From Candidatus Oxydemutatoraceae bacterium (lineage in GTDB: Bacteria; Pseudomonadota; Gammaproteobacteria; Poriferisulfidales; Oxydemutatoraceae): a DNA stretch of 64,000 bases. Numbering within the stretch: the first letter of the stretch is position 1; each line of letters starts with the position of its first letter. A program made the translations under genes and the position numbers. The stretch covers positions 1,612,769 through 1,676,768 of the forward strand of contig OZ244779.1 of the NCBI GenBank assembly GCA_965219575.1. Direction: 5' to 3'. The notes beneath the pieces were generated by a model. It made no database searches. It was given only the letters and a program-made list of their open reading frames with translations, and was not told the DNA's origin. Of the stretch, positions 1-15,000 are shown piece by piece.

Positions 1-3000
1 CTACATAAGTCGGCATGAGTTGGAATCCGCTCTCGCCGGCTTTCAATATCAAGCGATAGTTGTATATGAGTGGATTAAACGACGGAATAAGCTCTAAAAC
101 TTCGCTCGAGAATACCAAATCGGTCAAGCCGATATACTGACCGGGTAGCAACTTGCCACACACCGGCAACCGCGACGAGGTATCCGACGCGACACGGCAG
201 GTCGGCGCACTACCGATGAAAAGTGTATCGGTGGCAGTCGTGTATTTGAGCCTCGGGTATTGCATATTATTGCCCAAATCCCATATCGCAACATTCCAGT
301 TGGTGTAAATCTCGGTTGTCGTAGATTGAAGTTCAACGGTGGTTTGGCTGCTACCGTCGCGCCCATCGACAACACCGCTGGTATTTATATCCCAGTAGCT
401 GTCGTTGACCGCAACCGGCACATTGGCGGCATTGAAGACCAAACCGCCGCTTCGAGCCGAGCGATTCGCACCGATGGCATAACTGTTGTCAATCCGCACG
501 CCGGTGCCTAGCGAACCGACCAACCCCCCGCCTTCGCTCGCATCGATCATAGCGGTTGCATAACTGTTTGAGATCGTCGCATTCTCAACCGCACCGACCA
601 AGCCGCCGCCGGACGCGGAACGCGCAGATACCGTACCGGACGCACGACTCTTGCCGATCGCGCCGCGCAACAATCTACCGATCAAGCCACCGCCGATGGC
701 ATCGACTTCAACCGAAACACTGCTATCGCTGTTGACGATAGTGCCGCGGTAAACGCCGATTAAACCGCCACCGTTGTTGTCGGCACGCACCGTGCCGGTC
801 GCACGGCTATTGATGATCTCACTGTTGTTTCGGTCTTCGCCGACCAAGATGCCGACATCGTTGTTGCCGATAACCTCGGCAGCCGACACATTAATTCCTC
901 TGATCATAGCAGCGGATATCGCACCGAACAAACCGACATCGTCGCTATTACGGCGACGGATCATCAAACCCGATATCGTATGGCCGTCGGCAATAAACTG
1001 AGCGGTGAACGGGTGCTCGGCATCGCCGATCGGCTGCCAACCCTTGCCGTCGGTCCACAGTGGCATCGTACGCTGCGCATCCACATAGCTGTCGACCGAG
1101 TTGAAGTCCAGATCTCTGACCAGTTCGTAGCCGAAGCAACCGCTGTCGGGGCAACCGCCGTCTATCATAATCGTGGTGGTCGTCCCTAATCGATAACTGA
1201 AACCACGACCGTCTAAACCGTGTCGTATCGTGTCCAACTGCTCCAAAAACGCAATTTCTATCAACCCGTCGCCGTCGGCATCGAGGGTCAAGTCGCGGTC
1301 GGCATCGACAACGATGTTGTTGTCGGCATCCACGGTGAGGATACCTCGATAGCTTGCGAAAGGCAGACGTTCTACGACGATGCGATATTCAAATCGGTAG
1401 CGTTGCCCGCCGCGCACCGTCACCGTGATTTCGGTGGCAGTGTCGCCCAGCACCACCTCCGCAATACCGCTGTCTTGCAGTGTTATCGGCTGCACACCGT
1501 TATCGGCAGCGATTACAATATCCACGACGGCACCCGGCAACGGATCGCTCACCATCGTATTCAAGCGCACTCGCTCGGTGTCGGAATACACGATCAACCG
1601 ATAGTCGCTTCTATCTCTTATAAAGTTCGGCGACAACCGCGAACCGTCCAATGCCGAAAGCTGTATGTCTATGTTGTCTTGATAATCGGTCGACCTGAAA
1701 TTGATCGTGTAGCTACGGGTCGTGGCATCGGTTGCCGAGCGCACCGCCAAGCGCAGCGCATCGATATCGGTTCTGTTTAGGTCGATCTCGGCACTGCGGG
1801 TGTTGTCGGCAATAATTTGTTCGCTGTCTCCGGCTATCAGGGTGACGGTGTCGGCGCGATAATAGGCGGTCGGTGTGGTGTGGAATACGGTGATTGCCCC
1901 GTTAGTTATCAAGTTGTACGACTCCACTTCGGGGCTGAACTCCGGCACCAACCGTACACCGGCGGGTAATTCCAGTGCAATCAAGCCACGGCGGTTTTGA
2001 TACGGCACCAATGCGCCACAATACGGTTGGTCCGAGCGATCCCTAAGCAGACGGTCGCGACAGACAAGCGCACGGTCGGTTTCCGACAACCTTGCCGAAA
2101 CCAGCGTATCGCAACTTCGTAGCTGTGCCACAGTCGGCTGTGTGCACAAACCGGCACTCCCGTCTTGATACAGTGCCGCAGGGTATTGGTCGGCATTGCC
2201 GAAATGCCACAGTGCCGAATCCCAACGATAGTAGACGGTATCGGTGCTATTATTCTGTGCCACACCGGATTGCAATTCTACCGTCGTTTCGCTCGTACCA
2301 CCGGCAGCGGTCGCTCCGGGTGCGGCGGTATCCCGATCCCAATAACTGTCTAAAACTTGAGAGTCACCCAGTGCATTGCGAAATAAAGGTCCGCCGGTTG
2401 CATAGCTATTAGTGACGATACCCTCGTTTGTATCGATTAGACCGGCAATAACTCCGGTGTTGTCGGAAATGATAGGCTGCGCATAACTATTTTCTATATT
2501 GCCGGAAATATTATTTTCTAACGACAAACCCGCCGCAGCAGTATTCGAACCTCTACTTCTAATAGCGATCGTTGCAAAACTACCGAGAATAGCACCGTCG
2601 TTGGTATGTACCAAACCTGCAGAAGCATCTTGATTATCTATCGTGCCACCCACTGCACCGCTGTTGATAATGCGACCGAGATTTTGATAAACCAAAGCAC
2701 CGACACTCCCGTTCTGCAAAAGAATATCGGCATTTTCAACGCGACTATTGAAAATAGTGCCGTAGTTATATACCGCCAAAGCGGCGATTACACCGGTTTC
2801 TCTACTACTACGGATAGAGACATCTTTGAGGTGGATATCTTCCAGCCTTGCATTCTCATCCAAATAAGCAAACATGGCTATCTCGTCAAAAGCGGGGTCG
2901 TGTAGGGTCAGGTTGGATATCGCATAGCCGTTGCCTTTGAAATGCGCATCGAAGCGCGCGTTATCGCGACCGATGGGGTGCCAATCTATCCCTGCCAAGT

Positions 3001-6000
3001 CTATATCGGCTGTCAACTCATAACCGCGACAGCCGACACGGCAATAAAACCGATCACTATTACTCGTGCCACCTGCCCTATAAAAACGACCGTCCAAACT
3101 ATGACGCATCGCATTCAACTGTTCGGGGGTGGCAACATCTATCAAACCATCGTTGTCGCCGTCTATTGCGGCAAGGTCTATCGGCTCATTCAAACGCGAG
3201 ACACTAAAGCGGTAGCGATACGATGTGCGGTCTTCACCTTCTTCTACGACTACATCCAATAGCGTATCACCGACGGTGTCCAATGCAATCAGTGGTGTCG
3301 CAACGCCGCTCTTTACTCTGAGCACTTCGGCATCGGTGGTCGTTTTATAGACCACAATATCGGCATTCGGAGCAAACGCCTCGGCAACAAAGCGTAGACC
3401 TTGCCGGTCGGCACCGACCACAATCTCGTAATCGTTGAATGTCGCAAAATCAAAAGGTCGGCTGATACCGGCATTATCGAGTAACTCGAAACGCGCCATC
3501 AAGCTCCCCTGATACGGGAGTATCTTGCCGCACAGCGGGTTGTCGTGTCGTTCGAGTTGACATTCCTCGGCGTTGTACTTGATCACCGGAGATTGATCGG
3601 CACCACCGAAATCCCAATCGTCGGTATTCCAAGCGGCAAAAATGCCGGTCATCGTCGTCGCCCGCAACTCGGCACCGCTTCTCGCTCGACTTGCCGGCAC
3701 ATCAACCCCGGCAATGTTGCGATCAAAATAACTGTTTGTTATAACTCCGAGACTATTACTCAGGTTTCCTTGTGGCACGCCCGCTCTGGTCATCAGCATA
3801 GAGGCATAGCTATTGCCGATGTTCAAACTTCGTGTAGGGTTCGCTCCCAACATCGCTGTATTTGTCAATTCACTTTCGATCAGTGTTTCGATTCTTCCGA
3901 TCGCACGGCTGTTTTTGATCGACTCACTACCGATAGTAGCACCGTCAGCCAGCACTAATCCATGGGTGAAAGAGGGACTCTCTCTAAAACGATTTAATGA
4001 CCGCAAAATGCCGATAAAATAGCTATTACTTAACGAAGACTCGGCAAAATCGGTTGCAAAAGGAGCCACATTATGTCCGCTTAAATCTCCGATGACATAA
4101 CTATTGCGAATCGTGCTTCTCGTTAAGGATGCTGCTATTGCCACTGCTATTTCTGAATTTATATCCACATTGACTAAACCCAAGCCGTCTATATCGGAGT
4201 CCGAAACCATAGCGAAAAGTGCGATGGGATCGGGGGAATCCAATACGCTTAGATTGGATATTGCATAGCCGTTGCCTTTGAATACGGCATTGGATAAGTC
4301 AACGAATTCCCAGCTTCGAGTCCAGATAGGCCTATTTGTGGCCGGCTCTCGGTAGCTGGCAGGGTCGTTGAAATCCAAGTCTCGCATCAATTCGTAGCCA
4401 CGGCATACGCCCCTCGGACAACCCGAGGTATTGAGTTCACCCTCCCGTGCCGTTCTATAACCTATCTCTTGTTGGAAATTAAAATCCACCATTGCCACAT
4501 CTTCCAGATAATGAAGGTCTACCAAACCATCGTGGTCCGCATCTATCGGTGTCTCAAACCGGTAATCCAAATAGAGCGTATAGCGCACCGGGCGAGTGCC
4601 GTGAACCGCAATAACGACTTCGGTGGTGCCGTCGGCAGTCAGTGCAATCTCGCCACTGGGATTGCCGCCGGCAATCTCGGTGTTCTCGGGTGTTCGGACA
4701 CCGCCGATATAGACGCTATAGGTGGCACCTGCTTCGCGTGTCGTGGCAACCAGTTGCACACGCGGCGCATCGTTGAGCACCGTGGTGTAATAAGCACCGC
4801 CGATATCCAGTATTGCTTCGTCGAAGGGTGCGATGAGTTGTGCGTAACGAGTGGTGAGTGCGCTCAAGCCGTAGCGTGTTTCAGGTGCAATCAAGGTGCC
4901 GCACAGCGGGCGTTGCGATACGGTATCTTCGGCGTTGCGACACGCCGGGCGACCCAACACATCGGTTGCCGTGGTATATCTGAGAGTCGGGTATTGCATC
5001 GCAGTGCCGAAATCCCAATTTTCCTCGCGCCATAAGTAATAGACACCGGTCGGCGTGGTGCTCGGCTCGGTCGGTGCGCGCAGTTGTCGCATCGTTCTGC
5101 CTTGGAATATTTGCGGCGAAGTCACTAAATTTTGTTCAACGGTATCTGAATTATAATAATTCGCTCCGGTAATATTAATATTTGCTAGATTCCCTTGAGA
5201 ACCGGTATAAGGTAGGCTCGACGGTCCGATTGAATAATTGGCATTTAGCAATAAATTTTTATCAAGGAATAACGCACCAAAAAATCCCCCGTTGGCAATG
5301 GCATTTATTATATTGTTAAATGGCCCACCACTCACATCGACCCACGCATAGTTGTTGCCGATGTTAGATGCGCCTCCTGCACTACCGACAAAGCCTCCGA
5401 TGTTATCCGTGTTTGTACCAATTCCTGTAACCGAACCGACCGCAAAACTGTTCAATATCTTGCAACCGTTGCATCTGCCGAGCATGCCACCGGCATTTAT
5501 TCCGGTTGCCGACAACCGAATACCGCTACGGCTATTGACGATAACGCCGGTGCCGGCAGCGACCCCGACGATGCCGCCGACATCACCGACACCGGATACC
5601 GTTCCGGTCGCATAACTGTTGACAATTTTACCGCGAACGGTGCCGGCTATACCACCGATCTGCGAACCGGCTGCTATCCTAAAATTCGGTAGACCCAGGT
5701 TGCGTACGACACCGCTACTGTCGATCACACCGAATAAGCCTTGATTATTTTGACCGCTTCGGTTGATCTGTAGACGCGCGATTGCGTAGCCGTTGCCGTT
5801 GAAGGTGCCGGTGAACGGGGTTGTCATGTTGCCTATCGGTAGCCAACCGGTATCGGTGGCGAAGTCTGCCACGACCCAATCTTGGTTTATTTCACCCGAG
5901 AGGTAGCTGTACGGGTCGTTGAAATCGAGGTCGCGCATCAATTCGTATCGACCCGCTAGAGTGGAGGTGCTGGCAGCGATGGCATGAAAGTGCTCCAGAT

Positions 6001-9000
6001 AATAGATTTCGGTGAACCCGTTTCTGTCGCGATCCGCAAGCATAGGATCGTTTTGGTAGCGTATATAAAGCGGATAGTATGCCGGCGGTTTGCCTTCTAT
6101 TTCCAGTATAATGTGGTTGATGCCGTCGTCTAAAAAGATCGGGTTGCTCGTGCCACCACCGATAATCGTCTGAAAGGGGTCGCGTTTGACGAAATCAAGG
6201 TGAATGTTGATCTTTGTATTATCGTCTTGGGCAGTCGCTACGATGCGGATCGGGTTGCGGTAGACTTCACCGAAATAGTCGGCGGAACCCTCGACAAAAG
6301 ACGGATTCAATATTCCCGATGCCAAACGCAAATCTTGCAAGCCGTTGCGGATTTGGGAGGCAATCAAATCACCGCACACCGGCAATCGCGACACCGCATT
6401 GCGGTCTCGGCGGCACGCCGGGTTGCCGAATATATCCGGTTCGGCGGTGTACTTGAGTATCGGATACTCATCGGTGTCACCGAAATCCCAATCGTCGGCA
6501 TCCCAGTTGCTATAGATGCCGGTCGGACTGGTCGGCATTTGCAACTGCACCGTCGTTCGACCGGTGCCGCCGGCACTTGTATCCAGCCCGGCGGTTTCGC
6601 TGTTCCAGTAGCTCGCATCGGTATTGGTTCCGACCCTGTTATTGGCGGCAACCAGACCACCGAGGGTGCCGGAACCCGTGACACTCGATAGCGTATAGCT
6701 ATTACGAGTCCCCGTCTCAATCGCCGGAACTCCAAAAATAAAACCGACCAAACCACCGCTGTTATTTGCATCGGCATGAACCGATCCCGTCGCATAACCA
6801 TTGACGACCAAACCGTTTACGAGAATATCCCCTATCAATCCACCGACATTGTCGTCGGCTCGGATATTCACGCCGGCATAACTATTGTAAATTTCCGTAC
6901 TAAAAGCATTTATGTCTCTTAAGCTACGACCGACAACCCCCCCTGCATAACGAATGTTGCCGACAATACTGCCGTAAGCGCGGCTGTTAATAATCATACC
7001 ATTGGAGGCAAACCCGACTAATCCGCCGTAGTTGTTCGCTCTACTAGCGGGGAGTGCTTCTATATGAATCGCTGCATAGCTATTGAGGATTTTGGCATTG
7101 TTCGACGGATTGACTATACCGACTAATCCGCCGATATTGTTGCCCGTTGCGGTTATCTCGCCGATCGCATAACTGCCGATAATCTCCCCTAATGAAATAC
7201 CTGCCACTGCGCCGGTCGTGCCATCGGTATCTATTTTTACACTCAACAGACCGAGGTCGCGTACGACACCGCTATTTCCGATTACACCGAATAAACCTTG
7301 ATTATTTCCGCTATCTCGGTTGATTTGTAGATTGGATATCGTATAGCCGTTGCCGTCGAAAGTGCCGGAGAATCGGTTAGTATTATTGCCTATAGGTTGC
7401 CAGCCGAAATCGTTGCCGTCGTTAAAATCGTCCACCGTCCAGTTGCGATTGATACGACCCGAGCGGTAGCTGGTCGGGTCGTTAAAATCCAGATTACGCA
7501 TCAACTTATAATGACCGCTCGAGTTATTGCGTGTTTGATCGACGCCCTCTAAATCGTGTATTTCGGTAGATTCGTTATAGCGTATATAAAGCGGATAGTA
7601 AACCGTCGGGTTGCTTTTTATTTCCAGTACGATACGGTTGAAACCCTCGGCTAGGGTGATCGAACTGCTGGTCGTACCGCTGATAACGGTCTGGTCGGGA
7701 TGGCTTTTACCTTTGACAGTGCCGAAATAGATATTGATCGTTGTATTATCCTCTTTTGCAGTCGGCACGATACGAATAGGATTCGGGTTGCTACGCCTCG
7801 GGTCGGTGGCAACGACGCGACCGGAATAATTGCCGTTCAGACTTCTATGGGTGTCGCCGAAGGGCGGATATAATTCGTCGCCGTCGGTTAATGTTAAATC
7901 TTCGAGACCGTTGCGGATTTGGGGTGCGATTACATCGCCGCAGTCGGGCAAACCGTTGCCGTCGCAAGTCCGCATCCCGTCGGCAACGGGATTGGGGGCG
8001 TATTTGAGTATCGGGTATTGCATGTTATTGCCGAAATCCCAGTTGTCCTCGCTCCAGTTATGATAAATCTCGGTTGAATTCGTTCCCGGCGCAGTCGCCG
8101 ATTGCAGGTCTCGGGTACTCCTACCGCTTGCGTTTAGCCTCGAATCGTCGGGACGAGGCTGTCCTTCGGCGGTATCGCTGTTCCAATAATTCGGTGCAAT
8201 TACCGAAGGCATATTAACACCGGATAATATATAGTAAAAACTTCCGTCGGTTCGCCCGATCGAATAGTTGGCGGTTAAGTTTATATTACTGTTGAGACCG
8301 AGCACTCCGACAAATCCACCGTTAGCGTATCCCAAGGGGTTAAGTGCTTGCCTTATGTTGCTTTGTGCATAGTTGTCGGCAATGTCGAATGTGCTTTGCG
8401 CTCTACCGACCAAGCCGCCGGGTGGTAGAACATTACTGCCGGTATTGACGATCGGACCGATCGCAAAGCTATTTTGTATGCTACAGCCGTTGCAGTTGCC
8501 GACCAAGCCGCCGAGATTAGACTGGTTTGTCGACACCGCAACATCGGTATAGCTGTTGACGACGGTGCCGAGACTATCGCCGACCAAGCCACCGATATCA
8601 TTGAAATACCCGTTCACCGTTCCGATAACATAGCTGTTGGCAATCAAACCCGAACCGCTATTGGTACCGACCAAACCACCGATATTGTTGGCATAGCCGG
8701 CAATCTCGCCGATCGCATAGTTGCCGATGGCAACACCGGCGTTGTAGCCGATCAAAGCCCCGACATGATTATAGATTGCACCCGAGGTATCGATGCGTCC
8801 TACCTTCACATCCAACAAGCCGAGGTCGCGTATCACGCCGCCTTCGCCAACCGTGCCGAACAGCCCTTGGCGGTCGGTTGTGCGGTTGATTTGCAAGCCG
8901 GATATCGTATAGCCGTTGCCGTTAAGTTGTCCGATGAACGGTGCACCGCCCTCGCCTATAGGAAGCCAGCCGGTATCGCTTGCCTCGTTAAAGTCTTCCA

Positions 9001-12000
9001 CCGTCCATTCGCGGTTTATCCGATTTTCGGCATAGCTGTCCGGGGCGTTGAAGTTCAAGTGTCGAGTCAATTCGTAGTTGCCCGCCGGTCGGGTCGCTAT
9101 AAACCGAAGTTTGTCCAGATTATCGATCTCGGCAAAGCCGTTGCCGTCGCGATCCGACGGCACGTCATCCTTTTGAAAACTTATGAAAAGCGAATACCGT
9201 AGCGGCGGTGTTGCGACGATTTCCAGAACGATGCGGTTGATACCGTCTCGATCCAGTACGATCGGCATGCCGGTCATACCACTGACGACACTTTGGTCGG
9301 GCGTACCGTCGACAGTGCCGAGATAGATATTGATAACGGTGCCGTCTTGCATTGCGGTCGGAATCAAGGCGATGGTGTCGGTGGTGGCTCCGCCTGAATA
9401 GTTGCTACTACCGACACTGAAAACCGGTGTCAATCTACCCGATGCCAATTCCAAGCTCTTCAAACCATTGCGAATTTGCGGTGATATTAGATCACCACAA
9501 TTCGGCAAACCGTTGCTGTCGCAAACCGTAACGGTATCGGTAAATGCGTATTTTAATATCGGGTATTGCGTGTCGCTACCGAAATCCCAATCGGCGTTAC
9601 TCCAGTTCTCATAGATGCCGGTGGCAGCATTTTGATTGGTCGGTGCTTGCAGTTGTATCGTAGTTTGACCGGTGCCGGAAGCACTTCTATCCAGTCCGCC
9701 GGTCCGGCTATCCCAATAGCTGTCTTGAGCGGTGCCCGATCCTGTACCTATCAAACCTCCCAGCGCAGACCCGCTGCCGGATATATTACCGGTTGCATAA
9801 CTATTCCTTATTGTGTTCGCACCCGACGCATTACCGACCAAACCGCCGACATCGGACGCATCGCCGGCGGTAATCGCACCCGTCGCATAGCTGTTTCTAA
9901 TGACGGCATTGTTTGTTTTTTCACCGACTAAACCGCCTATATTTTGATTGGTCGCGGCATCTATCATATCGATACGACCGGTCGCATAGCTATTTCTAAT
10001 TTCACTATTTGCATACACACCGACTAAACCACCGACCGACTGTTCACCCGAAACATTACCGGTCGCATGGCTGTTGACGATATCGGCACGACCGGTGCCG
10101 GCTAATCCTCCGACCCCTTGTTCACCTACAACATTAACGGCTGCATCGCTGTTGGCAATCGAACCCCCGCTATGAATGCCGGCTAAACCGCCAACCCTAA
10201 GTGCTGCGGAGATGTCACCGTTTGCATAGCTACCGATGATGGTACCTCGATTGGAACCGACCAGTGTACCGACAACATCGGTGCCTTGTATTTTGACACC
10301 GATCAAACCGAGATTGCGCACCACACCGCCGATACCGGTAGCACCGAATAAGCCTTGATTAATGCCATTGTCTCGGTTGATTTGTAGATTGGCTATCGTA
10401 TAACCGTTGCCGTCGAAGCGACCGGTATATCGGTTGCCACTATCGCCTATGGGATCCCAACCGAGATCGTCGTCATCGTCAAAATCATCCACCGTCCAAT
10501 CGCTGTTGACCGTGCCCGAGAGATAACTGTCGGCATCGTTGAAGTCCAGATCGCGCATCAATTCGTAGTTGCCCGCTAAAGTGGAATTACTAGTACCGAT
10601 GGCATTAAGGTGGTCCAGATAATAGATTTCGGTGAACCCGTTACCGTCGCGATCCGCCAACACACGATCACCCAGATAGTTTATATAGAGCGGATAGTGA
10701 ACGCGCGTCGTGCCGGTGGTGATCTCTAGGACGATGCGATTGACACCGTCTCGATCCAATACGATCGGCATGCCGGTCATACCACTGACGACACTTTGCT
10801 CGGGCGTGCCGTCGACGCTGCCGAGATAGATATTGATAACGGCACCGTCGTGCATTGCGGTCGGGATCAAGGCAATGGTGTCGAGGGTCGCTTCGCCCGA
10901 ATAGTTGCTACTGCCGGCATTGAAAGCTGGCATCAATCTGCCCGATGCCAATTCCAGATTCCTCAAGCCGTTGCGAATTTGCGGTGATATTAGATCGCCG
11001 CAGTTCGGCAGACCGTTGCCGTCGCAAATCGTAATAGCAGCGATAGATGCGTGTTTTAATATCGGATATTGCTCGGTATTGCCGAAATCCCAATCGGCAC
11101 TACTCCAGTTGTAATAAACATCGGTCGGTGTAGTTCCCGGTGCTGTCGGCGATTGCATTTGTTCGGTGTTAAAACCGAGACCTCGCCGGCTATCACTTTG
11201 ATTACCGGTTTGTGTGTTCCAGTAGCTGTTTTGGACACGACCATCGGTACCACTAAATGTGTCTCCCAAGAAACCACCTATATTCGAGCCGCTACCCGAT
11301 ACACTACCGATAGCATAACTATCGGCAATTACTCCGTCTGCTAAATTTTGCCACAGAGTACCGACGAAACCACCGACCGATTCTTGGCCGATAACCGAAC
11401 CGGCGGCATAGCTATTTCTAATGAAAGTATTGTTTGTTTTATCGCCTACAAAACCACCGACCGACCTCTGGGTACGACACACGACACGGCCGGTCGCATA
11501 GCTATTTCTGATTTCCCCATTCCTGAGTACGCCGACGAAACCGCCGCAAAAACCGTTGCCGGAAACGCTGCCGGTCGCATGGCTATTGATAATTAAATTG
11601 GGAGTCACTTCTTCGGCAACACCGACTAAGCCGCCGACGCTACCGTTTCCGGTGACATTGACGGCAGCGTAGCTGTTGATAATCCAACCCGACCTCAGAT
11701 GCCCGCCGACCAAACCGCCGACATTATCGGTTCCGGTAACTTTGCCGGTTGCATAACTGCCGATGACGGTGCCTCGGTTTGCACTGACCAACGCAGCGGT
11801 ATACGCCCTACCCTCTATAGCGATACCGATCAAACCGAGGTTGCGTACGGTACCGGTGAGACTACCGAACAGACTCTGATTATCGGCATTTCTATTGATT
11901 TGCAAATTGGATATTACAAAGCCGTTGCCGTCGAAGGTGCCGGAGAATCGAGCAGCATCGGTGCCTATGGGTTGCCAGCCGTCATCGTTGGGATTATAGA

Positions 12001-15000
12001 AGTTGTCCACCGTCCACGCGGCTTTATTTGCCGTATCTTCGTAGTCGGCATCATCCAGAAAATCCAGGTCTCCGGTCAGTATATAGTTGCCGCTGCGATT
12101 GTTGCGTATGTTGTCGAGGTCTTCCAAAGTGTCGATTGTGATAGCCGGATTGCCGTCGTCGTTGAATAAACCGAAGCGATAGCCGAGCGATAAGTTGTAG
12201 CGGTCGACACCGCCGCTTTCGCCTTCGCTACCGGGCGTGATCACTTCTATCGCAACATGGGTCGCCGTGCTTTCGCTCAATGTTATTTCTCGGCTCGTCA
12301 CACCGCCGGCACCATCGGCAGCGGCGGTCATCGGCACGCTACGACCGGTCTCGTTGTATGCGTCGTCCAAATAGATAAAGGTGATTCGTGCATCCGGGTC
12401 GGCGGCAACGGCAATCAAATTCGCACTCGGAGTGTCGCGCTCGACGACACCGGTATAGCTCCGATAGCGGGTATCGGGCGGAGGAACCAATCTGCTTCTG
12501 CGTTCCGATACACGCAATGCGCTCAGTGCGCGCCGCGCGATTACCGTACCGCAATTCGGCAAACCGTCGCCGTCACAAGCTCGGCTACGTCCATTTTCAT
12601 TGGCAGCGTATTTCAGAACCGGGTATTGGGTGTTATTGCCGAAATCCCAATTCGCATCGCTCCAGTTGTAATAAACATCGCTCATGTTTCCCGATTGAGC
12701 ACTACCGGCCCGCAACTCGGCAGTCGTTGCCGAAGCCGAATTGCGGATTGTTGCCCCCGAACCGATACTGTTCACCAGAGGTCGCGACGATAGATCGGAG
12801 TTTGCATAGCTATTGATTAGCGATGCATTTGAATTGCTCAAGCGACCTATCAGGCTACCGCCGACATCGACCCTGCCGATGCCGTAGCCGCTTTGGTATA
12901 GACCTCGGTTGTTCGTGCCCGCCAATCCGCCGACTTCGCTACGACCACGAACCCAACCGGTGGCATAGAGGTTTCTATAGTTTGAATAGGTGGTGCCGAA
13001 TAATCCACCGACATTGCGATTACCGCTAACAAAACTATCGGCATAGCTATTGTAGCCGGTTGCGGTAGTCGGTGTGAAAACACTACGCCCGACCAAGCCA
13101 CCGACCGAGTCTCGACCGCGAACGATACCCGCTGCATAGCTGTTGCCGATGATGTTCTTGTCTTCGCCGACCAAACCGCCGGAAATACTATCGCTTGCCG
13201 AACTTTCAACGCTGCATACCGCATGGCTATTTAGGATTTCGCCGTCGTCGGCATTGCGTCCGACCAAGCCACCCAAACCTCTGCTACCGCGCACCGTGCC
13301 GTGCGCATAACTGCCGATCACCGTGCCGTCGTTCATGCCGGCCAAGGTACCGACACCGGGGTAATTGTCGGGGTGCCGATTGCCGTTGTAGTCTTCTATC
13401 TCGGCATCGATCAAGCCCAGATTGCGCACCGTCCCGACACTGCCGATGACCCCGAACAAGCCTTTGTGCATGGCGTTATCGTCGTTGTTGATTTGCAGAT
13501 TGGCTATCGTATAGCCGTTGCCGTCGAAGGTACCGGTGAACGGTGTGTTTGCATCGCCTATCGGTGTCCAGCCGAGGTCGGTCGCATCTCGATAATCGTC
13601 CACCGTCCAGAGCACTCTGAAAACGGTGCCGTCGTAGCTGGCATCGTCTTCAAAATCCAAGTTGCGGGTCAATACATAATTCCCGTGCAGACTATTGCGC
13701 ACCGCATCGAGGTCCTCCAGCGAGTCTATCGCAGTGCCGGGGCGGTATCGCAGATAGAGCGGATATTCTACGGTCGGTTGATCGGCAACACTCGGGTCGA
13801 TTTCAATAACGACATATTGGATCGTGCCTTGCCTAAGCCGAAACGGCGCACCGAGATCGCCGCTGTCGAGCGTATCGCCCAGTTGTCTGCGGGCGGTGCC
13901 GTCGTATAGATAGATTTTGATCTCGGCAGCACTATCGAATGCGACCGGTTGCAGACGGATCGTGTCGCGCAACGACAATACCTCACCCGAATAATTGCTC
14001 TGTCCGACGGCGAAGCGAGGCAACAATTCACCGTCGACTATAGATAAATCCTGCAGCAAGCCGTAGCGCAACTGCGGTGCTATCAGGCTCCCGCAGACCG
14101 GTAAACCGCCGACACCGGCAGCATTACAAGTGCGCGCACCGGCGATGTCCGGATTTTGTGCGTATTTGAGTGTCGGGTATTGCTCGGCATTGCCGAAGTC
14201 CCAGTCGTCGCTACTCCAGCCGGTATATCGGGGAGGACTCGTTGCATCCGGTGCAATCGGCGATTGCATCTGTTCGGTGTTAAGACCGCGACCGCGTTGG
14301 CTGGCACTTCGACCACTGGTTTGTATGTTCCAATAGCTGTTTTGGACGCGACCATCGGTGTTGTCAAATCTGCTTCCCAAGAAACCACCTATATTCGATC
14401 CGCTACCCGACACACTGCCGATAGAATAGCTATCGGCGATTAATCCGTTTGCTGCATTTTGCCACAGAGTACCGATGAAACCACCGACTGCATCTATGCC
14501 GATAGCCGAGCCGGTTGCATAGCTATCTCTAATGACGGTATTACCTACTTTATCACCTACAAAAGCACCTACGGACCTCACGCTACGACCGCTAACATGA
14601 CCGGTCGCATAGCTATTTCTGATTTCCCCGATGTTGAAAACACCGATGAAACCACCGCAAAAACCGTTGGCGGAGACGTTGCCGGTCGCATGACTGTTGA
14701 TGATCAAATTAGGAGCTTCTCTGTTAAGACCGGCAACACCGACTAAGCCTCCGACCCCCGTGTTCCCGGTGACATCGACGGCAGCGTAGCTGTTGATAAT
14801 CCGACCCGAGGCTAGATGTGCGGCAACCAAACCGCCGACATTATCGGTTCCGGTAACTTTGCCGACCGCATAACTGCCGATGACGGTACCTCGGTTTGAA
14901 CCGACCAGTGCGCCGGTGAACTGCGTACCCTCTATATTGACAGCGGTCAAACCGAGGTTGCGTATAGTACCGGTGATGCTACCGAACAGACTGTGATCGG

